From: Lama guanicoe
Taxonomy: Eukaryota
Assembly: GCA_013239625.1 (NCBI GenBank)
Contig: MU053881.1
Coordinates: 12,848,879-12,912,878 of the forward strand
Direction of reading: 5' to 3'
Length of the DNA: 64,000 bases
Shown here in pieces: positions 39,330 through 51,485 of this stretch. How positions within the stretch are numbered: the first letter of the stretch is position 1; each line of letters opens with the position of its first letter. A model generated the notes under the pieces. The model did no database searches, had not been told where the DNA came from, and worked only from the letters and a program-made list of their open reading frames with translations. The position numbers and the translations under genes are program-made.

Positions 39330-40830
39330 ACATTCTCTCAGTTGACCCTTCCATTACTTCTCATGTAGACTATACAGTTACCTGATAAATGATCTCATCC
39401 TGCTCTATTTTTAGGTATTCAGAACATCCTCTGCTCCCACCATTTGTTCTGTCTAAAGCAACCTTTCAAAAAATACAGCTTTGATGTCACTCACTTATTA
39501 AAACTTGTCAACGTCCCTTCATTGCCTAACAAATGAAATTAAAATTGTTTAGTGTGGGATCTTATCCAGGGTTTATCATATTACAGAAAATCAAATCTCA
39601 CTCACCTTAGTGTAAGCTATGAAAGTAAGTTTATAGGAAATTGTGGTAGGTCTCTATTGCTCCGTGACCATCTGGACCCAATCCACTTCCCCAACCTTAT
39701 CTCCAATTTCTTTCGGAAATTACCTTTCTCTCATATATGTCACTTTTTTGGTAGACTGCAAATCAAAATGCCCTGCTCTCCTCTGGCCAATGGATGAGTC
39801 TAAACATTCTAACTGAATATATATGATCTTGTTAGTCAAGTTAGGCTCTGTCTCTTAGGACTTTGAATCTTGACTACAGAGATGGAAAAAGAGATAAATT
39901 AGAGTTTAATACACCTGGTGGCAACATCCAGTCAGAATGGTTACAACTCCAGCAGTTTAGACACCAAAAACTACCCCAGCTTCTGTTTCCAGCCCTGTCC
40001 TTGTTTCTTTCCTGGTTGTGGGACATCTGTCATTACCCACGCTACCTAATTTATCTCCAGTATTTTCAGGTTTTGCTTAGGTTAGCCAGAAATTTTTGTT
40101 GTTGTTGTTGTTGTTGTTGTTGTTAACTTGCTGTCAATGAAGATTGACAGAGGAGGACAAAGGAATAATCCATACATAGCAAGTGCATAACATGCAGACA
40201 AGCTCTTGGTGGACCACAGCTGGGAATTAGAACATCCACAGGAAACAAGGTACCTTTTCCTGTTTCATCTTTCTCTCCTTCTTAGGTTGCATGGTCTATT
40301 TTCTCTGTGTCTGCATAATTTTTTCTTTTCTCAGACTGCCTTTTTCTAATTCAAATACATCCACCCTCAAAACTGTCTGATTTAACCCTTGTTCAATATG
40401 CTATGCAAATTCAAGGACTCACAAAGACTATGCAGAATTCCTGTCCTCCCAAAACCCAAATTTACAGAAGGGAAGACGTAGTTACTCTGAATTTGGTCTT
40501 TTGTCCAACCTACTCAACTCAGCTGTAGCCAGTGTCATGTATAATACAAACTGTACTCCTCCAGGATTCTGGACTAAATAGGTTCTCCAGGAATGGGGAA
40601 TGAAGATCTCTAGAATATTTTAATTCTGTAATCATCTGTTCAGACCATTTTGTTCTCTGGTTCCAATCTCTTCCTGAATAATCCATGTGCCTTTGCAGCT
40701 TTGTGTCTTTTTCTCTCTATGCCCATTGCTTCTCATCTTGGCATTAAAAATTATAACCATCCCTGGAGATCTTCTTCAGGTGTTTCCTGCTCCACTGAAT
40801 CATCTCTTTCTGTCTTGTTTATATAATCAT
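39330..40830. mobile_element. Nested cluster: L2(+) interrupted by MaLR-like LTR(-), itself interrupted by an ERVL-like LTR(+) at ~39642-40150
   Basis: L2-like text stops at ...ttcattgcctaacaaatgaaattaaaattgtttagtgtgg and resumes after ~40620. The inner LTR starts tgtggtagg and ends ttttgcttaggttagccaga...(ttg)n... Confidence 0.5.
40096..40124. repeat. (TTG)n microsatellite
   Basis: About nine perfect TTG units; these give the poly-Cys of ORF 39863..40126. Confidence 0.95.
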
Positions 40831-41809
40831 ACATAAAAGTGACCACTTCTATTCTAAAATTTGGTCAAGATAGCATTTCTCGAATGACAGACTACATCCT
40901 AGTACACATTTCACCAACACAACTAGCTTGAAAACAACATAAAGTTGGGAACTTTGTCCAATTTATTTTGTGTTAGCACCATGCCTTTTAATTCATTTGT
41001 AAGCAATACATATTTTCTAAATAGAAACAATTATTTTTTTAATTATAATCTTGAGTGAAGTCTTTTATGTTCTATGAACAGGGTTTTTGACCAACTCATT
41101 TCTAACGATGATTTCTCCATGTACTAAGAAAGGTGGAATGGCTTCTAGGAATTTTGGAATTCTGTAAAGCATCAGAAAATAGAAGTTCAAAATTTGTCAG
41201 TGTGACAGTTAAGAAAAGAAAAATGGTTGATGTGATGATAGAGCACCTGAGGTTGGAAGTCTACATCAAGGAATTAGTGTTGACTGGGCTTCTAATCATA
41301 AAAGTTCACTCTTCACATGAACCCATCTGTTGATTTATATGGTAGGCTCGCTGTTAATGACATTCTGATTTGTGCCATGGGGAAAAAAAATCAGTAAAAA
41401 CAAACAAACAAACAAACAAAAAAAACACAAAGTAATTTGAAAGGATCTGGATTTTAGTTGAATCACCTAGATATCTGAATGCTTTCTCATGTTAAATTAC
41501 TAAAAAATGGAGGGTATAGAGTTTCAGTTATCTGATATACCAGAGATACCAATTTTTCATGAGTTTTAGGAGAATTATTTTTAAATAAGTTGGTAAACTA
41601 AATGAAAACTGAAAACATATAGCAACTTAGGCATTACTGTGAAAATTAATTACTCACACAGGAGCAAGACAACCATGACGCCTGCTGTATGAGGGTAGGC
41701 GCACGTCTAAGGGTACGCTACACCCAGAGGGTGCAGTGACTGTCAATCTGTGACTGCTTAGATAAGGCTGTTTCCAGTTCTCCAAATTTTGCAGACAAAA
41801 CTGTCACCC

Positions 41810-41920
41810 TCCTTCACACGGAGGAAATGTGTGACCTTCCACAGTAACTTAACCTTTCTATGTTTTCTCATCTTGAAAATGATAATATCATAATCAACAC
41901 GAATCCCATGTGAGGCACTG
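41810..41920 (+). mobile_element. MIR core
   Basis: tgtgtgaccttccacagtaacttaacctttctatgttttctcatcttgaaaatgataata. Confidence 0.75.
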
Positions 41921-42756
41921 GGTATTTGCCTCCTCACTTTGGAAGATGTTTTATGTAAAGCAGCGTGAGCTCTGCCAAGCATGCTGTTGTATAATGAGAA
42001 TTTTTTTTAATAGAAGTCATAGTGAGAGGCTAGTTAGCTGCCTTGGAGCCTAAGACATAGAACGCAGATTGAATACTGCATTCCTATGTGAACAGATCCA
42101 TTTCTATGAATCTTGATCTGTTCTTCGATCTCAGAAAGCCTTTTTAAAAATGATTGTCAATGGTTAAAAAAAGGATGAGGAATGACAGAGATTTTAAAAA
42201 TAAGACTGAAAGGAAAGTCTTCGAATCACCCTCAGCCTTGTCTGTTGAAGCTCTTTGTTTTGTCATGTTTCAGAGCTATGCTCATAGAAAATCAGTTTTG
42301 AGTTCATTACTCATGTTTAAAATAATAAAAACACCTCCAAGCTACAACAAAAAATTATAGTTTATTTGACTAATAGCTCATCTTTTCTGAGATTTTAAAG
42401 GCCCTTATAATATGCCCTTACAGGAGGAAAGGGTCTTAGAGGTATAGATCTCTGAAGTGCTTCATATTCATACATAAACCTGAATTTTAAGAAAAATATT
42501 ATATCGACATAAATTTTTTGAAGAAAACAAATCTCCTTTCACATGTTGCATTCCTGTCATTTGAGTTCTAGAGAATGAATTCTGATAAACAGTCCTCCCT
42601 AAGTTTGATATCAGAGCTCATCCAGTTAGTACTGATAGGCAATATGGGATAATTGTCAAAAGTAACTTTGGGGCCAGTTAAGCCTGAGTGTGATTTTTGG
42701 TTTTACTTACTTGATCCATTACCGAAGCTTCAGTGTAATTATCTGTAAGGTGAGGA

Positions 42757-43210
42757 TATAGTGGATGCACATTGTTTGAGTCAGCACAACATCCTTCTAA
42801 CGCTTTTCTAATAACAGTTTCTTGAGTTTCTCCTGTGAACTACCCTCCCTTAGATTCAATGCCCGTGTTTCAGAGGATGCTGAATGTGCTGTGTGGGTTC
42901 AGAGATAGGCACGTGATTTAGCCACAGTCAGAGAAGCAATGAGCAGGCAACAGCCCAGGATCATAGCTGAAATTACTAGAAAATCTACTGGGATGGCGAA
43001 TCCAGAGGGATGGTTAAATGTTTGTTGTTGTTGTTGTTTGTTTGTTTTTAAAGAATTTACTTCCAAATAAAGTCAGCATGGTGGAAAACAACTGGAGAGA
43101 AAAGAGAATTCATACAATATTGTTTGGTTATCTGAATCTTGCTTGCCTGAAGCCAAATCACCCCTTTTCAATTTTAAGAACACATAAATCTCATTTTTTA
43201 TTATTTGCAA
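42757..43210 (+). mobile_element. Old ERVL LTR (LTR16/LTR33-like), inserted in a MIR
   Basis: tatagtggatgc...ttcagagataggcacgtga...tctgaatcttgcttgcctgaagcca...cacataaatctcatttttt. MIR-like sequence on both sides (~42640-42757 and ~43230-43330). Confidence 0.55.
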
Positions 43211-43339
43211 AAATAGTGCTGAATACACAGAGTAAGATTATAATATTCATATTCTCCTTATAGGGATTTTGTGCATATAAAGTACATACTTGCTATAGTG
43301 CCTATCAAGTACTCAATAGAATTTGTGTATTATCTGACT

Positions 43340-43800
43340 CAGTCTACATCAATGGCTGACCCTCACTGACACTACACACTGAAGATTGAGGGACCATGAT
43401 GCTCTTCTACAGAATATTTTCCTAGCACTAACGAGCACCTTTGTGAAACAGAACAGATGATTTTGAAAAAGTTAGAACCAATGATCTTGAGAAATGTCAC
43501 TGAGGTGCATTTATGGGGCACACTCCATGTATCATATATATTCATGCTCCTAGCTACCATCCATGTGCCAAGCTAAAGCCAGACTCTCCCTTGACGATAT
43601 CAATACCAAGACTCCATGGGACAAACAACATAAAATTCATAAAAGGACATTACCACATAATATATATTTTTACAAATCTGGATCATGCAAGAACTAGAGA
43701 CCCTGTGGATCACATCTTCCTAAAGATTTTTACCAGTATCTTTGGAAGGAGGAACTGAAAATGTATCTAATTTTACTATTTGAGTCTAGCCATTCTTAAA
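43340..43800 (+). mobile_element. Probable RTE-X (L4-like) LINE fossil, ORF C-terminus
   Basis: Conceptual translation across frameshifts, PLT..PRLHG.....KGHY......GSC.ELETL.DHIFLK..FYQYLWKEEL, resembles the RTEX C-terminal motif (LT..R......GRY......C.C....ET..H....C..Y...R). Confidence 0.5.
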
Positions 43801-45350
43801 TTTTTTAAACCTCCATCATTTCCCAGAAACTTCTGCATTTAGAGAATCTATAATTTTATTATATGTAGATCTGGACCAGGATGCAAAGATCCTATCTGAG
43901 TATTTCAGATCAGTATTCTGGCTCCCAGAGTGGGCACACCTGAATAAGAAGCACACCCTGAAGAATGTTACCGTAAAAGGCTCAGCCATCTGGATCTGTT
44001 ACACCTTCTGTGGACATCTGCATGCAGAAAGAGTATGGGCATCTATCCCAGTGTTCCTGTGCAGCATTCCTTCAACATGGAGAATCTGACTTCACAAGTG
44101 GCACCAAAAAATTGCATACTTAAGAGTCTTATAATAGAGCTGTTAACATATTAGCAATCTGTTAGCAGTCTGGACTGTCAAGAGCAAGAACCTACGCACA
44201 ATATGAGCCATCATTTATTTTTGGCCTCACCAAGAATGTACAGCATTTATTTTAATAAACTAAGACATAAAAAAAAAAACAGGTTAAGATGCACCAAATG
44301 GGGTACTGAGAGACAACAAAACATTATTGACGCTTTATAAGGACAGGACAGACTGGGAGCTTGCAATTTGTTTTTAATGCTCACAAATATAGTCAAGCCA
44401 TTCCCCTGGTCACTCTACAAAAAATATCAATCACTGTGTTACCTTTTTTTAGTGGCAGTTGTTTGACGCCATTATTTACGAACCACAAGAATTGTTTTCC
44501 AGAGAGATACTCAACTGGAAATATGCCACAATGTGTTCTTAGCTGGTTGCTAAACACCAAGTTACTTTATTCCTCTTTGGGGATAGGGAGGTATGAGTCT
44601 GCACATACGGGTACATGATTCTGGCAAGATATTTTAAATGGGAAGTTATTTAGGGTGAACGTATGTGTACCAGGGTGAAAACTGGACTGTTTCTGCAGAG
44701 TATAACTCACATTATCTGACTTTTGGAAGTTAATATTCTGAAGGGGAGAAGCCCATAATCCTATTATACATAATGCACCTACGGCTATGGAGGTGTAACG
44801 TAAACTTGATTTTTGAGTTTTGGTCTTCCTCCTGGAATCAGGAAGAAAGTTACTGATTAAAAATCAGAGGCTAAAGAAAAGAGAATTGGGGCTTTGGTGT
44901 GAAAGCACAGTTTGCATTTGTATAAGGATTACATATTTTAAGTGGATTTTTCCAAATTCAAAATATAATGGAATTTTTACAGAAGAATGGCCAGCACAGA
45001 TGGGAAGCAATTTCAGGCATAGTAGCTTGCTCGATAGAGAGGTGGGACCAGAGTAACAAGGCATGATTAGTACAAGAGTCTGCTGTGCCAGGTGATCTTC
45101 AAGCAGGCCAAGTACTTTTCCTGTTTTCTTTTCACTTCATAGCATGAGTTAGCAAATGAAGTTACTCTTCACCCTTTCTTCTGAAAATTTTCTCTTTTTG
45201 CAGCAGTATAATAATACATTACCCACAACCACGCCTGACTCGTTTCTTGAGAATCAGCTGTTGATCCCATTCTGTCTGACTGATACGAAACTTGGATGAA
45301 CTTGCCTGGTTGGGATGAGCCCTGAAGAGACAGGGCAGCTAGTGAGAGTA

Positions 45351-46232
45351 TGTTGGTTCGAAAACCGGCCTCCATATGTGCAGACAAAAGAGAGAGAGTG
45401 AAGAAAGAGGAAGAGCCCTCCAGATTGCTGGGTGGTGGTGTTACCCAGCTGTCTGATATCCATTGAAGCCAATGCTATGGCACTGGCTTTTGAGAGACGA
45501 AAAAGCTTTATTGTGAGGTCAGGGGGCTAGGAGACAGGCAGCCGGGCTCATATCTGTCAAACTTTTGTGAGTTAGGGGACAAAGGCTCTGAAGCCCCAGC
45601 GGGGCTGGCTTTGGTGGGAGGGCTCTGGAACCTGGCCATTTGTGGTAAAGGTGTGGGAAGGCGGCTTCAGCACCACGTCTTTCTGGACCACAGACCTGTC
45701 CTTTCTGAAAGGGTTCCGGCAGTCAGTTCCGGTCGTGCCCCAGTCCTTTGGTTCGGGGGGAGAAGAAGGTTTGATTCCGGGTATTGAGGTCAAACTTCTC
45801 TCCTCTGCACATGCTTCGGCTGCAGGACTCGCGGTTTTGTTCTGCTGGCTCTGAAAAACAGCTCAGTGTCTTGTTAGAACCAGGATGGGGCCAGTTTGTG
45901 TTTACAGCGGATTTAATAAGCAAGGGAACTGACATACGGCGCTTGTCTCGGGCAGCCGCAACGCAAGACAAGGAAATCTTCACACCCGCCTCTAGAATCT
46001 GAAAAGTTCATGTAGAGGCCTCAGTGGAGTTCAGTCACCTGCACCATCCAGGTGGTCTCAACAACGTACTCTCTCAAGGATATGTCCTTGAAACAGCTCC
46101 TAGCGTCGGAATGGAGGCAGAACACAGATTCCAAGGACAGGGGAGGCGGGGAGGAGGGGAGGAGCCTCCAAACGCCTGGATCCAGCTTGAGAGTCAGCCA
46201 GTGGTCACATCCTCTCAATGACCTCCTCACCA
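45351..46232 (-). mobile_element. Laurasiatherian-type solo ERV LTR (outer element), split by a younger LTR
   Basis: TG(45351)...CA(46232) with TSD agta/agtg (45347-45350 / 46233-46236). Removing the inner LTR restores contiguous minus-strand ...cccttgcttATTAAAtccgccacc..cagcaatctggag... Confidence 0.85.
45439..45906 (-). mobile_element. Young solo ERV1-type LTR (inner element)
   Basis: TG(45439)...CA(45906) with TSD gtgg/gcgg (45435-45438 / 45907-45910, one CpG-type difference). Minus-strand AATAAA (tttatt 45507-45512). CpG-rich. Confidence 0.9.
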
Positions 46233-47116
46233 AGTGTTTCTTAGGGTGATTTCAAGTTCACAGAGCCTGAAGGTAAGTACTTTCACAGAGTACAGGGGCT
46301 AGAGTTCGAGAGTGTACTTGTGAGTTTTCAAAACAAGTTGCACGTATCTGCAACGGCAATACTGAACTCTGCAATTAACAGGAAAAGGAATGGTGACCGC
46401 AGATGGTGAACTGGTGAGTAACTTCTGGCTTCTAGTCTTGTTTAGCAAGCTGTTACATGGAATGAGTGTTAATTTAAAAGGCATGAGATACGAGGAACAC
46501 TTTCTGTTTTTAAGAGTGCCAGAAACACAACCGTAAGGGAATCCCATACTTGCTCATGGTGCTTACACTCTCTGTCTAGTTCTTGTTGATGAGATATTTG
46601 TTCCTCTCAGGAAATGATGTGGTCATTAAGTTGATTACAGTGGCACATATGTCTGGTTAAGTGCTTGTTTTAAGTAAGTCAAAGTTCAGTAATCGGCAGG
46701 AAAGGACGTTAGTTTAGTCTTTTCCAAATTCATCATGAAACTACGCTGATCAAACGTTTTTGGCAATGTGTAGATGTGTAGATTGCATAAAGTGATTTAA
46801 CTTTCTGGAACTACATTTAATCTTCTGGAGATAAACTGAAAAGATGACTGATTCAATCGGCAGGACTTGGTAGCTCATTCATCTCTCTTGTCAACATTTG
46901 GGGGAAAAAAGAAAGAAAGAAAAGACTCCCAGAGCTACTTTGTAGAACTTTAATCTCCTTGTCTCAATGTGGTCATTAGCCACAGCTTTATTTAACTATG
47001 ACTATTGACACGGTGAAACCAAGAGCCTTATGGTTCTTGCTTCACTAGGAATTTCTCTCCACTTAATATTCCACCTCTGTAGCACCTGTGCAGCTTAGAT
47101 TACTTCTGTTGACTTT

Positions 47117-47585
47117 TTTTTAAACATTTTTTATTGATTTATAATAATTTTACAATGTTGTGTCAAATTCCAGTGTAGAGCACAATTTTTCAGTTATACA
47201 TGAACATACACATAATTCACTGTCACAGTTTTTTCTCTGTGAGCTACCGTAAGATCTTGTATATATTTCCCTGTGCTATACAGTATAATCTTGTTTATCT
47301 ATTCTCCAATTTTGAAATCCTGTCTATCCCTTCCCACCCTCTGCCCCCTTGGCAACCACAAGTTTGTATTCTATGTCTATGAGTCTATTTCTGTTTTGTA
47401 TTTATGCTTTGTTTTTGTTTTTTAGATTCCACATATGAGCGATCTCACATGGCATTTTTCTTTTTCTTTCTGGCTTACTTCACTTAGAATGACATTCTCC
47501 AGCAGCATCCATGTTGCTGCAAATGGCGTTATGTTGTTGGTTTCTGTGGCTGAATAGTATTCCATTGTATAAATATACCACATCT
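47117..47585 (-). mobile_element. Young 5'-truncated L1 (camelid-like 3' UTR)
   Basis: Perfect 13-bp TSD ttctgttgacttt (47104-47116 / 47586-47598). ttttttattgatttataataattttacaatgttgtgtcaaattccagtg...tggcttacttcacttagaatg...ccatgttgctgcaaatggc. Confidence 0.95.
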
Positions 47586-48998
47586 TTCTGTTGACTTTCT
47601 TATTTAACTGTTTCCACCTTTTGAAACTACTAAGTTAATTTCCAGAGATAACAGCAATTTTTATTATAAAAATATAATTCAGATAAATATTTACCAGTTT
47701 TTAAAGCATGCAAGAAAATACAATATTTTAAGGAATACATTTGTTATTAATATTAGTTGTAATCTCCAGTTGCAGAATATCAAAAATAATAACTATTCCT
47801 GTCATACTAAGTCATGCAATTTAGACAAATAGTAAGTTTCAAAGGGTATGATTTTGCATTTTGCAGCTTGTCAAAGTCACTTCTCAATCTATTGGAGAAG
47901 CTAGTATTAAACCTTTCAGGGAGAAGCCTGAGGAATCTTACCAGAAGCTGGGCTGGAGGAGTTTGACGGTTCACCTTTCATGAAAACATGGATTGGAAAA
48001 GAGTAGAACATCTTCCCTCCCTCCTCCACTGATTCCTGTTTCAGTATTGAGGTATCTCAATTCCCTGGACAATAAAGTCTGGTTGCAGATGATAGATGAC
48101 TTTCCAAAGGCAATATTGCTCTTCAGCATCATTAATATTTTAAGTTTACCCTAAAATAGCAGGTGGGGCTTTTATGGGGACGTTGACTGAAGGGCAATGC
48201 TAATTCCTGAGAAACAGAGAAGCGCTTTGAAGAACAGCACCCCAAGCTCCGTTCCACAAGCTTGCTTTGATGATGGCAATTACTGTCCTTAATTCCAAAA
48301 ATTAAAGAACCGCCTATTTTCTTTCAAGTTTTGCTGCAGTATGCAGAGTTTTTTTCAGACACTCAAACTCATTTGCTGTTTGCCTCAGGTTTTGCATGCG
48401 TCACGCACCCTTCTAGAACTCTGAAGTAGGTCTCTCTGACATGCGCTCACCTGAGGTATGTTGGTAGCTTCCTACTACCCAGTTGTTCCATCCTCCAAAC
48501 CAAAGAGTAGCATCTTTCTCTAATGTTCTGGACTCCTGCAAATTGGATGCTTTATTTTCACACTCTTTCTGTATTCCTCTCCACAGGGAGGCCATTTCAT
48601 TAATGCTTTCAGCTATTCTGAGAGCTCAGATTGCTTTAGTGGATACTTTGAAATGTCTGGTCATTATAATTCAGTCACCCAAGGCCTTTCGCTTAAAATT
48701 TTTAGTTATGTAATAGTTTTGATGCTGTAGGAACAAAATTAAGCAAGCTGTCTACTCCCACTGGTAAATGTCGCAAATGCTTATGCCTCCTGGGAAGAAT
48801 CCAAGGGCAAGAAAATGTGCCACCCTAGGTCAGAATAACATAATTACGCTGTTGTTGATGTCTTCTGAGTGATTGAAGGATTATTAATTTTTATTAAATG
48901 CCAAAAAAATGGGCTGCTGAAATTATTGAATTCCAGTTGTTTTAGTGAAAGAGATAATATAAACGCTTAAAAGTAGCTGACAGTTTTTGAAAACTGAT

Positions 48999-49586
48999 TG
49001 TAAGGGAGGAAGAGCTGATTTTTCTCTGTTCTGAGTTCTTAGCTGAGACCCCCTGTCATAAAAAAAACGGGTTAATAGGATAAAAAACAAACAAGTTTAT
49101 TAATATGCATACCTCATGTACACAAGGGAGCTACCCAGGGAAGAATAAGTAACTCCTTGAGATGGCTTAGAATTCAGGATTAAGTAGAATCTTAATAGGG
49201 AAAAGGGGAAATATAGGTCTTTTAGAGAGGAGTAAATCATTTTTAGGAAAATTGAAAAGACCTTAGAAGAATAGATGGGAGGTACAACAGTGTGAGATAG
49301 AGCTTGTGTGGATGTGATGTCAGTTTCTAGTCTCTGCTCCTGTGGTGAGTCAATCTTTCTTGGTTGATGAAACTCTAGGGGAGGGATCTGTGACAGTCGA
49401 GTTCCTTTTAGAGGATGTCTTTAGGCAGATAAGGGTAGTTCACAGAAAGCCTCTTCCTGCTTTCGATGTTGAATTTCTAGTGCTTACAGCTCAAAATAGT
49501 CAATATACCAAAGTGCTGTATTTTGGGATACCATGCCCTGAATCCCTGCAGTCACGTTTTGGGGATGTATACTCTGCTGCCCTTCA
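48999..49586 (-). mobile_element. MER34-like solo ERV1 LTR
   Basis: TG(48999)...ccttCA(49586) with 5-bp flanking repeat ctgat (48994-48998 / 49587-49591). cagctcaaaatagtcaatataccaaagtgctgtattttggga is characteristic of the MER34 group. Confidence 0.88.
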
Positions 49587-50988
49587 CTGATCATTAGTAA
49601 GATTCTGTGTTTAAGACTTTATTTAAATGCCTTCATTTAATTTTCACAATCTATCATCTAGGCTTTTGATGAAGATACAGTGAGATAATGCCCATACAAT
49701 ACTTGAAATTAATGGTTTCTGGCACATAATAATTATGTAACAAATGGTACTGTTATTTGTTTTCTTTTTTATTGCTATTATTATGGGAAACTTAAACATA
49801 TGTGAGCATAATATATATGATCATAAGTACCTGCATTAGTGGCAGTGACCAAAAAAAAAAAAAAAACCTAATGAAACAGTTCAGACACATTGGGATGATA
49901 ATTGTATTTGTAATATAAATTGACTGAAGGGAAGTATTTTTGGCCTGGACCTTTCAGTTGTATTCACTTATGTTCATTATGTACTAATCTGTATGTCTAG
50001 AAACGTGAAAACTTTTTTTTTAAATGGTCTTAAAAGTGTGTAATTGAATTGGGAAGATGTTGAGCTTGCAAAACAATTACAGAATAACAGCTATTGATGT
50101 ACAATTAAATGCTAAACAGTAAGATATAGACAATATACCTAAAAATAGAGTTTGGGAAGTTACCTTGAAGAGATAACGCTTGCTTGACTCTTCAGGTTTG
50201 ATGAGAATTTAGGTGATTTTAGTTCAAAGAGAGAGGAAAAAAAAAAAAGAAAATTAAACTCTTAGTAATACCGAAGAGTTCTTTCTCTCCTCTTTCTCTT
50301 CTGAACAGTGGGAAGTGAGTCCTTAAAGCTGTTTAGCGCTATCTGATAGTGATTACATAATCTCTCACCAAAAGTGCTCAGCGAACATATGGCCCATGAC
50401 AAGTATGACTCCATAGTCTTCATCTTAGAGCCTCACGCTCTATGTCTTGACTCCAGCCAAACGCCCTTAGTTGTGCTTAAAATAAGTGTTCCCTGCCTGG
50501 GCATCAAGAGGGCTGAAGCTGGCATCTCCCTAGGCAACACCCGCCCCTCCACCTCACACACGCACACACCTTGACTGTTGGTTGAAGACAGCTCGCCTTT
50601 TAAGTGTTGAACTAGTGTGTTGGAACTACAGGTGGAAAGGTCAGGACTGAGAGTTTAGGCTGAAGTAAATCTGTTGACTTCAACAGCATTTGAGACTTAC
50701 CTCATGTGTTCATTCCTTCTCCTTCCCTCTCCTTTCCCTTCTTTGTCATAGTTATTTATTTATGAACATTTTATAACTTAGTTGCAAAAATCAATTGAGG
50801 CTACCATACAAAAAACTACTCTTGCAATCTTGTAAGTTATTCTGTACTATCTGCAAGATGTCTTAATGAAACATAAGGTGGGATTTCTTTCCAAGACTGT
50901 TCCCTGGACATAATCTGTGTTTTCCTTTTTTCTGGACTTTTCTTCTCATAGATCCCATTTTCTTAGATGCTGTTCCCCCTTCCCTTCC

Positions 50989-51485
50989 TGATGAGCAGGA
51001 TAGAGCCATCCCCTAAAAAAATGGCTTTGTCCTAATTCCTAGAACCAATGTGTATCCTTGGTTACTCAGCAAAGTAGAATTGAGGTTGCAGATGGAATTA
51101 AGATTGCCAATCAGCTGACCTTAAACTAGGGAGATTATCTCGGATTATCAGGGAGATCCCAGTATAATCACAAAGATACATAAGTGAAAGACCGATACAG
51201 AAGGGGAGAGGCATAGAGAGATGTGACTGTAGAAGAAAGGCATAGAGAGATGCAATGCTGATAACTTTGAAAATGGAAGAAAAGGATTATGAACCAAGGA
51301 ATGTGGGCAGCCTTTGGGAGCTGGAATAGGCAAGGAAATGGATTAGCCCCTAGAAAGGAATGCAGCCCTAACTATGTCTTGAATTTAGTATTAGACTTCT
51401 ACAGAATTGTAAGATAATAAACTAATGTTGTTTTCAGCTGCTAAATTTGTAATAATTTGTTACAACAGTAATAGAAAACTAACAC
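50989..51485 (+). mobile_element. MLT1D-like MaLR LTR
   Basis: ttgcagatggaattaagattgccaatcagctgacctta...gggagattatc...aaggaatgtgggcagcct...ggcaaggaaatggatt...taatttgttacaacagtaatagaaaactaacac. Confidence 0.9.
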
